The notes under the pieces: model-generated
The model's input: only the letters and a program-made list of their open reading frames with translations
Told to the model about the DNA's origin: nothing
Databases searched by the model: none
Virus record (IMG/VR): IMGVR_UViG_3300042691_025398
Coordinates: 55,814-119,813 of that record
Direction: 5' to 3' (one strand)
DNA length: 64,000 nucleotides
DNA from: a virus
Lineage: Duplodnaviria > Heunggongvirae > Uroviricota > Caudoviricetes
Shown: positions 21,203 to 31,539 of the stretch, in pieces
Layout: each line of letters starts with the position of its first letter
Position numbering within the stretch: the stretch's first letter is position 1
Translations under genes and position numbers: made by a program

Positions 21203-22229
21203 GATAGTCCTCTAGTCCACCTGAGCGTCGCACGTCCTGAGTGCAACAACTGATACCACCATCCCAGAAGTAACTGTGTCTTAGTTCACAAATCACTGGA
21301 GTGATATTATGCTTTTCGCAAAAGTCAAACACTGTTTTGTTGTATGCAGAAAATATCACTGTTTCTTCGTCTAGCACAAGACAGTTTACATCAAACACAG
21401 TTTCCGCTACATAACCTGTCCATTTGGTAAGATATGTGTTTACATACTCAGTGAATTCTGGTGTGGGTGTTTGTCCTTGTACGTACCAGGCACCTGGACT
21501 CTCTTCGTATCTGAACTTGCCCACTTCCATGGCGGCCCATATACTACTATCCCAGATTTTACACACATCCCAACCAGGAAAATCTTTGGCTAGATCAAGA
21601 TTCACATCATGTTTACTGGACAGTATCACTCCTGGTTTCAATATAGCAAACACAGCATCGCCGTGGCCATCAGTCACGGCTTCGTGAACACGATAATCAG
21701 ATCCCAGCACATTGTTTACAATCCACGCTGTTTGTTCTGGACGCAGGAAGTCGCTGTTGTCAAAGAAGATATCACGCCCCACACGCACAATGCAGCTTGC
21801 ACTGGCGCCATTAAGAACACAGTCAGGATCCCAGGGCAGATCGCCATGTGGGTTGATTACCGCATCACCATAGGCAGCACAGATATCATTGAGTTCATGA
21901 ATGGGCAAGATTCTCAAGAGTTTCTGTCCAAGAGTGATTTGCCAATCTCTTGGAGTCAACGGTGGAAGCGGAACCCCTTCTGCTCTGATTTGATTGTTTT
22001 GAAACCAATGTTTGTCAGGTAGATTGGGTCTTCTAACCACAGCACCATACTGTTCAATAGTGCGCTGAAGTATGTCAAGATCTTCAGCAGTTTCTGCTAG
22101 TATCTGCTGCAATTGATTTCTCACTTGCGCATTGTCTATGAAGTCAAAATAATCTGGATCATAGGCACGGCCAACTATCACCTCTTCAAGAGGTTGCCAA
22201 CTGGTAAAGGAATTAACTAATGGAATCAT
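21195..22229 (-). CDS. Amidinotransferase-family protein (GATM/StrB1 fold), paralog 1
   Basis: N-terminal SWQPLEEVIVGRAYDP matches the NEWDPLEEVIVG start of glycine/inosamine amidinotransferases. YRVHEAV..HGD..F and the C-terminal ISCCTQDVRRSGGLEDYL match the GGFHCWTCDVRRRG active-site Cys region. Confidence 0.7.
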   Translation of the reverse strand: MIPLVNSFTSWQPLEEVIVGRAYDPDYFDFIDNAQVRNQLQQILAETAEDLDILQRTIEQYGAVVRRPNLPDKHWFQNNQIRAEGVPLPPLTPRDWQITLGQKLLRILPIHELNDICAAYGDAVINPHGDLPWDPDCVLNGASASCIVRVGRDIFFDNSDFLRPEQTAWIVNNVLGSDYRVHEAVTDGHGDAVFAILKPGVILSSKHDVNLDLAKDFPGWDVCKIWDSSIWAAMEVGKFRYEESPGAWYVQGQTPTPEFTEYVNTYLTKWTGYVAETVFDVNCLVLDEETVIFSAYNKTVFDFCEKHNITPVICELRHSYFWDGGISCCTQDVRRSGGLEDYLK

Positions 22230-23403
22230 ATAATTGTCGAGTAAGGTTATTTAATCTGTCAGACTTTGATGATAGAAAGTTCTGTTGGTTATACACAGCA
22301 TCCTCTTCACACTGTTGAGCCCATCTAAATAGATCCAAGGATAACAATGATTGCACTGTCATTTGAGCATGCAAGTATCGTTGTGTGTTGTCTGTTATGC
22401 TGTCATATACATTTGAAATTTGAGCATCGTAAGTTCTGTATCCGAGCTCTCTTAATGTAGCCAGACTACCCGCTGGTGCAAACAGCACAAAAGGTTGTGC
22501 ATGTTTGATTGGCTTGAAAGTTTTTTCAGTTAAAAATGTACCGGTGCTTTGATCTGCATCAAACATGGTTTCAAGTACGATGTTGAAATAACTTTCTTGA
22601 AAATGTTCTGGTACCAGAGTATGATGCTGATTGTGTTCTTGTGCTGAGAGACTATCACAGGTGTAAGGTGCACCGGCAACAAATTTATCAACTGATTCAG
22701 CCAGTCCTGGAAACCAAGCCAGCTCAATTGGATTGTCTTCGGGTTGATCACTTACATCAAGCAAATTGTAACTAAAGAAACTATTATCAAGAGACCCACG
22801 TCTTTGTAGGTCGGCCAACACAGTTGCTCTCCACCATTTGTGTGTGCGACTAAGCAGTGTGAACTGACAGTTTCTTGGTGCTGGATTCCATGACAAGGCT
22901 GTTTGTTTTTTATTTGCTCTCCAATAAAACAATTCATGGTCGGCGAAATACACAAAGTTGCTCACATCACGTGCTGCGGTATTGCCACTAACAAATCTAT
23001 AACATTCAATGCTGAGACTGTGTTTTTTACACAATTCATCAAGCCTTACTTTTTCTTGCACAGGGTTGTCACCTTCGTGATAATAAAACAGCACTGTCAC
23101 TAGATTTTTCCTAACAAGATCTAACACCAACTGCGGTATTAATTCAAAGTAATCAATTGAGAAGTTGAAAAAGCCCAGTCCAATAGGATAAAAACACACA
23201 TCAGGTAATTGATCTTGCAAGCGATAAGTTTGATAAGGCACTGCATGATCTTCAACATAATACAGCAGACGCAGCGGCACCACATATGGGAAAGCACTAC
23301 CAATGTCTCCATAGCCCTGACTGAGATCACTCAGAGGCATGAGATTGGGATATGGTTTGTTGTTAATCCAACGATCAAACAAAAAGTTCAGTTTGTATAT
23401 CAT
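22213..23403 (-). CDS. GT10-like glycosyltransferase, paralog 2
   Basis: YFNIVLETMFDA...FLTEKTFKPIKHAQPFVL, same family as 12214-13332. Confidence 0.5.
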   Translation of the reverse strand: MIYKLNFLFDRWINNKPYPNLMPLSDLSQGYGDIGSAFPYVVPLRLLYYVEDHAVPYQTYRLQDQLPDVCFYPIGLGFFNFSIDYFELIPQLVLDLVRKNLVTVLFYYHEGDNPVQEKVRLDELCKKHSLSIECYRFVSGNTAARDVSNFVYFADHELFYWRANKKQTALSWNPAPRNCQFTLLSRTHKWWRATVLADLQRRGSLDNSFFSYNLLDVSDQPEDNPIELAWFPGLAESVDKFVAGAPYTCDSLSAQEHNQHHTLVPEHFQESYFNIVLETMFDADQSTGTFLTEKTFKPIKHAQPFVLFAPAGSLATLRELGYRTYDAQISNVYDSITDNTQRYLHAQMTVQSLLSLDLFRWAQQCEEDAVYNQQNFLSSKSDRLNNLTRQLYDSIS

Positions 23404-24472
23404 GTAGTACAGATTCTAATTCCTGCCATAGTCGGGCTTCAAAGCCGCCATTGTAAAAGTGATTGTAATTGTGCATCACAATGTCTTGACATTGCTGGTG
23501 TATTTTTTGTTTGTCTGTGTGTTCTAGCTCTCGCAACAACTCGGCTATTCGTTGCATACGCATGTGATCATCAGTTTCTGTATCATAACTTTCATCCCAA
23601 ACCGAATGAAATGTTTCAAAGCCATATTTTCTAAGATAACCAAGACTGTGTGCAGTACTGGCCAACACAAATGGCATTTGCATGCATATGGGTTGGAAAG
23701 TTTTTTCAGTAAGATGTTGTCTTATTCCGGATCCAACTGTTTCATTAACCACATATACCAAGCATTCACTACTTTGAGTCTGGAGACTCAGTGTGGCACT
23801 GGCATAGCTGGGTACCACCTGAGTTTCTAACTGCAAGGGCAACGGTACTTGAGCGAACACTTGATGTATGTCTGGATAACTTGAAAGCAAGGTTTCACTG
23901 GCCTGATACACTGTGACATTTTCTGCGGGACAGATCAAGGGAAAACTAATTCTATTGTGTGCTAGATCGTTTTTCACCAAATGATACATCAAGATCAATC
24001 TATGCAATCTTTCACCTGCAATAATGCGATTGGGTGATATGAAAGTGTGTTTGATAGTTCTATCTGCATAGGGTTCCAGCAAATAGGATCTATTGTAACC
24101 TCTAAACCAATCCAATGCAGCCCATCCATTGTAAAAGTAATAGAAGGATTTCCAGTTGTTCAAAGCACACAATCTAGCAACTGTGGCACTGTTGTATTCA
24201 CTGGTGATGATTGCTCCAGTGCCAGGTGCAAGGTTAGTTGACTCTTCACACTGTACAATATGGTCAATAATTGGACGTAATCTACTGATCTCAACTGGTT
24301 CTTGATCAAAGGCCAAAACATAGTTGAATTCTCCTCCTGGTGGAGCATACGACCTTAAATATTCAATGCCAACATGCCCTGGTGGATCTAAAAACCAAAA
24401 CCTAGTTCGCGGAACATAACGGCGAATATAGGCCCATAATGTATTGGCATAAATCTCCTCTATTCTAATCAT
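23375..24472 (-). CDS. GT10-like glycosyltransferase, paralog 3
   Basis: LVYVVNETVGSG...HLTEKTFQPICMQMPFVL. Confidence 0.5.
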   Translation of the reverse strand: MIRIEEIYANTLWAYIRRYVPRTRFWFLDPPGHVGIEYLRSYAPPGGEFNYVLAFDQEPVEISRLRPIIDHIVQCEESTNLAPGTGAIITSEYNSATVARLCALNNWKSFYYFYNGWAALDWFRGYNRSYLLEPYADRTIKHTFISPNRIIAGERLHRLILMYHLVKNDLAHNRISFPLICPAENVTVYQASETLLSSYPDIHQVFAQVPLPLQLETQVVPSYASATLSLQTQSSECLVYVVNETVGSGIRQHLTEKTFQPICMQMPFVLASTAHSLGYLRKYGFETFHSVWDESYDTETDDHMRMQRIAELLRELEHTDKQKIHQQCQDIVMHNYNHFYNGGFEARLWQELESVLHDIQTELFV

Positions 24473-26081
24473 GTTTGATGTATTTTATTTTGGTAACAAA
24501 CCTAACCTGTTCGCACACGAACGTAGAATCAACAGTTTAGATCAAGCAAGGCAATTGTGTAACACTAGGTTTTTTTGGATTGTTGATTACTTAGTGGATT
24601 ACTCCGGCTTTGACTTTCTTTATGAACCCGTGCCTTGGCAGCAGCATCAAAGGCATGTGTGGCCCAGTCAATGGCAGTGCGACAGCGGTACCTGGTTGGT
24701 CCCAAATCATGATTGGTCAGAATCCAATTATCAGCATCCAGTGGTCACACGCACGCCTTTCAAGGACGTGATTTATATTGATCACGGCAACAGCAATAAG
24801 CCAACAGTTGAACACCAGCGACGTACTAGATTTGTTGAAAGTTATTTAAAAACTCTAGCTCGCATAGTATCTAATCTAGATCAAGAATATGCATGGGTGT
24901 GTAGCAGTGTGTGTGATTATTCCAACTTTGATTTCAGTTGGCACCCTGAACCATGGCAAAACACCATGATACATGTGTTTGCTAGTGGCAAACAAAAGTT
25001 TGGTGACACTTTCTATATACATGTGCCTTCTGCTCAAGAACAACTTAAAAAAGTTGAACTTCTAGATTGGGCCAACGTAAACTTTGTTGAATCTATCAGT
25101 GTGCCTAGGCATCATATGCCTGTGAATTTTCATTACAAAGACAGTCACATAGAACCAATACAAAGTCATGAGTTCACAGCACCTTTAGAAATTTTTACCA
25201 GCGTTAACATTGACAACATAGATATACCAGAAATTTGTTTGTGGAGAGATCAAACCAAAACTATCACTCCCTTGAGCAAAGGTGCGTCCACGGTGATAGT
25301 TCCGCAACAGGCAGCTCCGTATATCAAAAAGCAGTTGTATGATTATGCTTACATAAACAAATCTCAAAATGATCTTGTAATTGATCAAGAGCAAGATGTG
25401 ATTTTTATCAGCAACAATGAACCCATGAGCGAACGAAACTGGGAGATATTGAAATCTCATTGTCCTAGAGCCCGACGTAGTTCAAATGTTCATGGACGTG
25501 AAGCTGCATACAAAGTCGCAGCAGAACAGAGTGAAACTCCTTGGTTCTTTGCTGTGTTTGCCAAGACCGAAGTGCTGTCTTCGTTTGATTTCAGTTTTCA
25601 ACCTGATCGCATGCAACAGCCCAAGCACTATATTTTTCACAGTCGTAATCCCGTGAATGGTCTTGAATATGGTGCCATGAACATAAATTTGTACAATCGT
25701 CAACTGGTATTGGACACAGTTCCTGGGTTGGATTTCACGCTCAGTGCCTTGCACACAGTGGTACCTGTGTGTGCAAGCATATCAAGATTTAATACTGACC
25801 CTTGGATCACTTGGCGCAGTGCTTTTAGAGAAACCATGAAACTGCAAAGGGAAGTCGAGCTAGGTGCTGATATTGAAATAGAACACAGACTTCACGTGTG
25901 GTGCACTCAAGCACAGGGAGAAAATGCTGATCATTGTCTTCAAGGAGCTCTTGACGGAGTTGAATATTATAAGTCGGTTAATGGTGACTATGATGCACTG
26001 TGTTTGAGTTTTGATTGGCAGTGGTGCCAGGATTGGTATTACAACAAGTATAAAAAACAGCCTTGGTTAGAATCGCAGTAG
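24471..26081 (+). CDS. Repeat-domain protein (three SxFDFxxxPxPWQ repeats plus a C-terminal domain paralogous to 8843-9769)
   Basis: Internal repeats SGFDFLYEPVPWQ / SNFDFSWHPEPWQ / SSFDFSFQPDRMQ. Confidence 0.4.
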   Translation: MFDVFYFGNKPNLFAHERRINSLDQARQLCNTRFFWIVDYLVDYSGFDFLYEPVPWQQHQRHVWPSQWQCDSGTWLVPNHDWSESNYQHPVVTRTPFKDVIYIDHGNSNKPTVEHQRRTRFVESYLKTLARIVSNLDQEYAWVCSSVCDYSNFDFSWHPEPWQNTMIHVFASGKQKFGDTFYIHVPSAQEQLKKVELLDWANVNFVESISVPRHHMPVNFHYKDSHIEPIQSHEFTAPLEIFTSVNIDNIDIPEICLWRDQTKTITPLSKGASTVIVPQQAAPYIKKQLYDYAYINKSQNDLVIDQEQDVIFISNNEPMSERNWEILKSHCPRARRSSNVHGREAAYKVAAEQSETPWFFAVFAKTEVLSSFDFSFQPDRMQQPKHYIFHSRNPVNGLEYGAMNINLYNRQLVLDTVPGLDFTLSALHTVVPVCASISRFNTDPWITWRSAFRETMKLQREVELGADIEIEHRLHVWCTQAQGENADHCLQGALDGVEYYKSVNGDYDALCLSFDWQWCQDWYYNKYKKQPWLESQ

Positions 26082-27035
26082 GTAAGGTTGTTTTAAAAAC
26101 CAGTCAAGATATTCTTCAATGCCTTGTTCAATATCCACAGAGGGTCGCCAGCCAGTAACCGCTGTGAGTTTTGAACTGTCAAGTGTGTCACGATTTGGAT
26201 AAAAACTATCAGCGGGTGCATATTCTACTCTACACAGAATTCTACGTTGAATAATTTCAGCTGCTTCGCCAATGGTACGTCCATTACCTCTAGTACAGTT
26301 AAAAATTTCGTTAGCAGCATCTGGGTGTAATGTAGCAGCAGCAAACGCCGCAGCAACATCGGTGACAAAACTGAAGTCCAGTCGGTTATCTGGACCGTTC
26401 ACTGTGATCACATGATCAATCATGGCGTCCACGGTCATTTTTGAAATCACACGTACTACCATATCGCGTGGTCCATACAGTGCACTGGGTCTAAGAATGG
26501 TGTAATTAAGTCCGTATTCTTTGTGCCATATTTTGCACATGCGTTCTGCTTGTAATTTATAACTGCCATAAAGGGTCAAAGGATCACATTCACTTTGCTC
26601 ATTTGGCTGACCGTCAAACTTGCCAAAATCTCCGTATACCATGGAACTGCTGGCCAGCACAAATCTGTCAACCTTGAATTGCACACACAATTCCAGTGCT
26701 AGCGCAGTTGCCGCTACCATATTAACAGTAGCATCCACAACATTTTTCTTTACCATTCTAGCATTTGGGTATGTAGCAAGATCTACCACTCGCTCTGGCT
26801 GCACTTCCAAGAATACTCTGTGCATGAAATCTTTATCAGTGACATCACCAAACCAAATTGCATGATCACCAATATAATCCACACGCTGTTTCATTACTGT
26901 ATCAAACTCCCACTGTGGATATTCGCTATAGTCATGGTGACAATCTACCACATGCACTTCATGGCCTTGATCAAGTAACATACGTGAAAGATTGTGGCCA
27001 ATGAATCCATGTCCACCTAGAATTAAGATTTTCAT
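26067..27035 (-). CDS. NAD-dependent epimerase/dehydratase (extended SDR)
   Basis: MKILILGGHGFIGHNL Rossmann GxxGxxG at the N-terminus. Length 322 aa. Confidence 0.8.
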   Translation of the reverse strand: MKILILGGHGFIGHNLSRMLLDQGHEVHVVDCHHDYSEYPQWEFDTVMKQRVDYIGDHAIWFGDVTDKDFMHRVFLEVQPERVVDLATYPNARMVKKNVVDATVNMVAATALALELCVQFKVDRFVLASSSMVYGDFGKFDGQPNEQSECDPLTLYGSYKLQAERMCKIWHKEYGLNYTILRPSALYGPRDMVVRVISKMTVDAMIDHVITVNGPDNRLDFSFVTDVAAAFAAATLHPDAANEIFNCTRGNGRTIGEAAEIIQRRILCRVEYAPADSFYPNRDTLDSSKLTAVTGWRPSVDIEQGIEEYLDWFLKQPYLLRF

Positions 27036-28075
27036 TTTAATGCCTTTGCAATTTGTTCAACTTCTTCGTCGGTTAGGGTGTGTTGATTGGGTACTGTAAA
27101 TGATTTTTGGCAGAGTTCTCTACTGCGAGCTAGCACAGCGTCTCTGTGATAAAGTGGCTCATCGTTGATCAACGGCAAATAGTGTATGGTAGTTGCTACG
27201 CCGTGGTCATATAGGTGCTGGATATAACCTGATTGATCGTTGGTTTGAAAAACCAATTTTTGAAAGCCGTTTCTTTCTATATCAAAGTCTGTGGCGCATG
27301 TGATTTTGGTACTACAAGCAAGATATCTTGCAATGTGTTCGCGACGACGATGCCAGCTGTCTGCCCGATCAAGACATGTCCAAATAGCAGCCGCTTCAAA
27401 ACTGTTGATCATGCTGTTAAGGCCAGTATGATGTGCTGCATGTTTTGAATGATATTTGCCGTGCAAGCGTAATGCTCTAGCCCTAGCAGCCACTTGGATG
27501 TCATCGGTAAACAGAGCTCCACCACTACCCCAACTGGATATGGGTTTACTTGGACTAAAACTCACACAACTTATATCACCGCACTTGACACTCCATGTGC
27601 CATTGCGGCTTTCCATGCTCTGTGCAGCATCATTAATGATAGGAATTCCCAGCTTGTCTAACTCTGACCAGTTGCTCATGTTGCCAAACATATCAGCTAC
27701 TACCACAGCACGAGCGTCAGCAGGTATTTGCGTGGGATCAATACAATAGTTGTGATTTACGTCCACTGTGTGCACTTGATACCCAGCTCTTCGTATGGCA
27801 TGTGCAGTGGCAATAAAAGTGTAGTTTGTCACTGCCACCAATGCACCTTGAGGCAAATTAAGACAAATTAATGCGATAATCAATGCATCAGTGCAACTGG
27901 CAGTGGTAACGCAATGACCACGACCGTATTGTTCTGCTAGTCTAGATTCTAGTCTCTGTACCAATCGAGTGTTTTGAGCCAACCCATTGGCATTGTCCTC
28001 ATCAACCAATTGCCAAACATTCTCGCGAATGTCTTGCCAATTCCGATTGTTTTGAAACAGAGCTATGTTATTCAT
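27032..28075 (-). CDS. DegT/DnrJ/EryC1/StrS-family PLP sugar aminotransferase
   Basis: CVSFSPSKPISSWGSGGALFTDD matches the conserved SFHxxKxxxxGEGGxxxTND block of sugar aminotransferases. Confidence 0.75.
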   Translation of the reverse strand: MNNIALFQNNRNWQDIRENVWQLVDEDNANGLAQNTRLVQRLESRLAEQYGRGHCVTTASCTDALIIALICLNLPQGALVAVTNYTFIATAHAIRRAGYQVHTVDVNHNYCIDPTQIPADARAVVVADMFGNMSNWSELDKLGIPIINDAAQSMESRNGTWSVKCGDISCVSFSPSKPISSWGSGGALFTDDIQVAARARALRLHGKYHSKHAAHHTGLNSMINSFEAAAIWTCLDRADSWHRRREHIARYLACSTKITCATDFDIERNGFQKLVFQTNDQSGYIQHLYDHGVATTIHYLPLINDEPLYHRDAVLARSRELCQKSFTVPNQHTLTDEEVEQIAKALK

Positions 28076-28697
28076 AGCTGCTGACTAGATTAAAAGTTTC
28101 TGCATATCGCGCACCAATTTTTGAAGCCGCGTATTGATTAGATATGCTTATGTCTTGAATCTCTCTCATGCCAAGATAACTGCTATAACATTCTAACAAC
28201 TGCAATTTAAACTTCCAGTGTTCACTGATGTCTATGGTAATCTGCGGACGAACAGTATGCCAGTGTTCGTATGGCCAATGATTCATGGTCCAAATTTCTC
28301 GTGCACGATTTTTCAATAAGGGCAGCACAAGACTGTAGGTGTTTCTATGATCTTGGTGACTGTCTTCGGGATTGGGCAGTATAGCAAGATCGCAATCCGC
28401 GACATAGTCAGACAGTCTTGACATGGTGACATTGTCACATACTAGATTTGGACGACCACTTCCGTGTGTGTCTGTGTTAAACAACAAGCAGTTCCAACCA
28501 CTGATGTCATAACTGCGATGCAGTTCATTAAGCACAGATTGTCTTGTGCGTTTGCGATCATCTTTCTCACTGGGTCTTACAGTGATAATACTGAATATCT
28601 CCGCACCTTCTTGTTGCCAACGGCGTAGAGATCCTGCACAACCTATCTCTAAGTCGTCAGGATGAGCTGAGAATACCATTATCTTTTTTCTGGCCAT
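28068..28697 (-). CDS. PIG-L/LmbE-family N-acetyl-sugar deacetylase
   Basis: IMVFSAHPDDLEIGCAG matches the AHPDDE motif of LmbE-like deacetylases. Confidence 0.7.
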   Translation of the reverse strand: MARKKIMVFSAHPDDLEIGCAGSLRRWQQEGAEIFSIITVRPSEKDDRKRTRQSVLNELHRSYDISGWNCLLFNTDTHGSGRPNLVCDNVTMSRLSDYVADCDLAILPNPEDSHQDHRNTYSLVLPLLKNRAREIWTMNHWPYEHWHTVRPQITIDISEHWKFKLQLLECYSSYLGMREIQDISISNQYAASKIGARYAETFNLVSSYE

Positions 28698-28924
28698 CTT
28701 AAAAAATATTCTGTAATTTTTTTAGCATCCTTGATCTCACCAGTTACTTGTACTTTGAAACCAAAACTGTTAACATCTGGATAACACTGCCATGTCAAAT
28801 CATCAGCATGTTTTCCTACCCATTTGCCATGTTCGGTTTGTTGCCACTTCCAAATTGGATCTTCTGCATACAGTTGAGGATCCTCTACATCGCCCAAGTT
28901 GAATGATAAAAATTGTATTTTCAC
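28679..28924 (-). CDS. Hypothetical small protein
   Basis: 81 aa ORF, translationally coupled with its neighbours. Confidence 0.3.
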   Translation of the reverse strand: MKIQFLSFNLGDVEDPQLYAEDPIWKWQQTEHGKWVGKHADDLTWQCYPDVNSFGFKVQVTGEIKDAKKITEYFLRWPEKR

Positions 28925-29565
28925 TTGATCAATTCAATAAATTTATCGGCCATGGCCTGATGTTGTTGTGGTCCAGGGTGCAATTGATCACTGCCTAGGT
29001 CAAGCCACTGTTGTGGACTTTGACACATCTGATGATAGTTAGGAATGTCATAAAGTTTTGCTGCGTTTTCCACATCGTAAAGCACACTCATTACAATCAG
29101 GTTAGCGCCTATACGAGTGCAAAAGTTATTGGCTCTACGTATGGCCTGTATGTTATGATACATGAGAGTTGGGTGCAAAAGCAAGTCAATTGGAAATTGT
29201 TTATCAATGCTTTTGTCATAAGCATACTCTCCAGGTGTTAAATGAAACAATGACAGTTGCTTGATCACTGGCAATCTAGGAGGAACTGTGAGAGCCCATA
29301 GCACCAGATCACCTTGCATGATCTCACTTTGACAGATTTGGTCGCTTTGCCATATCACACTGCTGCCTTCTGCACTAAGATCGCTGTAAGGCAGTTGGAT
29401 AGTTCTGCTGACTATTTCCTTCCAGGTTTGGTGGGTGTCAACACCAACACCCATAGTGACGCTACAACCCGCAGCCCAAAATTGTTTGGTGGCTTTTCTT
29501 GGTTGGCCGGATCGTATGGCAGCTAGTTGTTCTAGCTCTTGAAAGCCCGGCCCTGTGATAGGCAT
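28921..29565 (-). CDS. SGNH/GDSL-like hydrolase (tentative)
   Basis: N-terminal block AAGCSVTMGVG and C-terminal DQLHPGPQQH resemble SGNH blocks I and V (GDSxxxG ... DGxHP). Confidence 0.4.
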   Translation of the reverse strand: MPITGPGFQELEQLAAIRSGQPRKATKQFWAAGCSVTMGVGVDTHQTWKEIVSRTIQLPYSDLSAEGSSVIWQSDQICQSEIMQGDLVLWALTVPPRLPVIKQLSLFHLTPGEYAYDKSIDKQFPIDLLLHPTLMYHNIQAIRRANNFCTRIGANLIVMSVLYDVENAAKLYDIPNYHQMCQSPQQWLDLGSDQLHPGPQQHQAMADKFIELIK

Positions 29566-29574
29566 GAAAAATCC

Positions 29575-30228
29575 TTAGGTGGTATGATCAATCAAGGGAA
29601 AAATCTTGGCAATCACACCAGCGCAGGCCAAGGCAATTTCTTGATGTTCTTTTTGGGTGCCATGTGCACGGCGTAGTTCAATATAATGTACCCATGATCG
29701 CAAGGTACCATTCATGTACAAACGACTTTCAGTAAGACCTTCTGGCAGCACAACACGAGCCTGTTCTTTGGCAATGCCATTTTCTATAGCCCAAACGTAT
29801 GCCTGTTTAGCAGCTTCGATCACAAAACGCTGTCTAGCTGCCCATGTTTCATGTAAGTCTTCATTGTCTGTTTCAATGCTGTTCTGTCTGTTTTTGGGAT
29901 CTTGCAATCTTGCTTCTCTATACACAAAGTTCAAATCCTTGGTTGGATCAGCATAACGTTGACTGAATTCTTGAAAACTAAAGCTTCTATGTCGTAGCAT
30001 CTGTCTAGCAATGTCACGTGTGGTTGTGATTTCAAGACAAGCTGACACCATTTCAAGTGGACTCCAATGTTGATGCTTGATAAGATAGCGTATTAATTTT
30101 TCACTGGTCTCGGTATTGGTCTGATTATTTGGATTACTCACACGAGCACAAAACGCAATTAGTTCTTGTGCATTATCCACCCCAGGAATATCCACAGGTT
30201 GGCTATAGCTGATCAATTTTATAGTCAT
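29575..30228 (-). CDS. thyX: Flavin-dependent thymidylate synthase ThyX
   Basis: RHRSFSFQEFSQRY matches the ThyX signature RHRxxSxxxxSxRY. Length 217 aa. Confidence 0.8.
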   Translation of the reverse strand: MTIKLISYSQPVDIPGVDNAQELIAFCARVSNPNNQTNTETSEKLIRYLIKHQHWSPLEMVSACLEITTTRDIARQMLRHRSFSFQEFSQRYADPTKDLNFVYREARLQDPKNRQNSIETDNEDLHETWAARQRFVIEAAKQAYVWAIENGIAKEQARVVLPEGLTESRLYMNGTLRSWVHYIELRRAHGTQKEHQEIALACAGVIAKIFPLIDHTT

Positions 30229-30533
30229 TTAAGTCTGTTTAGAATCTTGTTGGTATGAGGTTGAACCATTTCAGCAACTGCTGGAATGTCAAGCACGAAT
30301 TCCACATCGTGAACATCGTCTGACAGTTCAGCAAGTTGTCGAGTTATGATTGCTTCTATTTCGTCTAGTGCCAGACCCTGTTTTTTCAAGGTCTGGAAGT
30401 TGATAGTTTTACGGCGGCGACCATCTAGACGTATGACCACTTTTTTAATGCATTCTAATGGTATTGCTGTTTTTTCATCAATACCGGATATGATATGCTC
30501 CCACCGTTCGAAGAAATCATCACTGAGATTCAT
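30225..30533 (-). CDS. Hypothetical protein
   Basis: 102 aa ORF. Confidence 0.3.
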   Translation of the reverse strand: MNLSDDFFERWEHIISGIDEKTAIPLECIKKVVIRLDGRRRKTINFQTLKKQGLALDEIEAIITRQLAELSDDVHDVEFVLDIPAVAEMVQPHTNKILNRLK

Positions 30534-31242
30534 GTGCCACTGCTACCTGTTTTTTTGGTCGTCCCACGGGACGTGGCTTGGTAGATGTGTCTTGTGCGAT
30601 CTCCTTTGGGAAGGCATTTGGATATAATGCTTCGGCTTCTTTTTTCATTCGTCTTGCTTCGGCAATCATGGTCTGTGCTTCACCTTCCATGCGTTTGGCC
30701 TGTGCCAACATGTTGTTGGCTAGATCTTGATCGCTTAGAGCTGAACTAGAATTAGCCTGTAGTTGACTGTTGATTGCCGCTTGTTTGGCCGCGCGATCTG
30801 CTTTGTAATCAGCTTCAGCTGCACGTTTGGTCACAGCATCCACAAGGCCTCGATTGGCATCTTCTGCTGCGAGTTTTTTCCTTGCATCTTCACCAGTCTT
30901 GAGATCTGCCAGAATTTTATTGAGCTCATCAAGTCTAACTGTGCTGCTGGTGCTAGGTGTCATGATAACCTGCTCGGTGTTGACCTTTTTTAACATACCT
31001 TCTCTATGCAGAGTTTCTAGAATGTTCCTACCATCGGGCAGTAGGTTTCTATGTAGTGCATCTGCAAACTCATCGGCCTGTTGACCAACGTCGCTTTCCA
31101 GAACTTTCATAATTGAATCGTGCCAGTGTGCTGGCAAGATTTCTGGATAGATTACCAAGCACATGTGGTCCATGCCCGGGATGGTACGAAACACAACTGC
31201 TACTTTGCGATCGTTGTGTTTGCCAATGTGTTTTATAAACAT
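30520..31242 (-). CDS. Hypothetical protein with basic C-terminal AT-hook-like tail (RPVGRPKK)
   Basis: 240 aa. Coiled-coil and charged middle region. Confidence 0.3.
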   Translation of the reverse strand: MFIKHIGKHNDRKVAVVFRTIPGMDHMCLVIYPEILPAHWHDSIMKVLESDVGQQADEFADALHRNLLPDGRNILETLHREGMLKKVNTEQVIMTPSTSSTVRLDELNKILADLKTGEDARKKLAAEDANRGLVDAVTKRAAEADYKADRAAKQAAINSQLQANSSSALSDQDLANNMLAQAKRMEGEAQTMIAEARRMKKEAEALYPNAFPKEIAQDTSTKPRPVGRPKKQVAVAHESQ

Positions 31243-31243
31243 T

Positions 31244-31528
31244 TTATTCTCCTTGTTGTGATTCTACTGGAACAGATTCATGGCCAATACCGTCCGCTTT
31301 GGTAGTTAAATCTTGTGGGGTTTCCACATATTTTAAAAAGGCGTCTAGTTTGTCAAAAGCCTTGCCAACGTTCTGCATTTCTTCGGCACGAAATGCGCCT
31401 CGCTGTGCAGCCACTTGTATACAGGATCGCAGTACAATCAAGTCTTGCACGTTGATAGATGGCAATTCAGGGGTTTCCTGTTCAGTTGCGTTTTGGGGTA
31501 GTGTATTTTCCATAGTAGTGTTTTCCAT
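31244..31528 (-). CDS. Hypothetical protein
   Basis: 94 aa ORF. Confidence 0.3.
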   Translation of the reverse strand: MENTTMENTLPQNATEQETPELPSINVQDLIVLRSCIQVAAQRGAFRAEEMQNVGKAFDKLDAFLKYVETPQDLTTKADGIGHESVPVESQQGE

Positions 31529-31539
31529 ACGGATATTTA

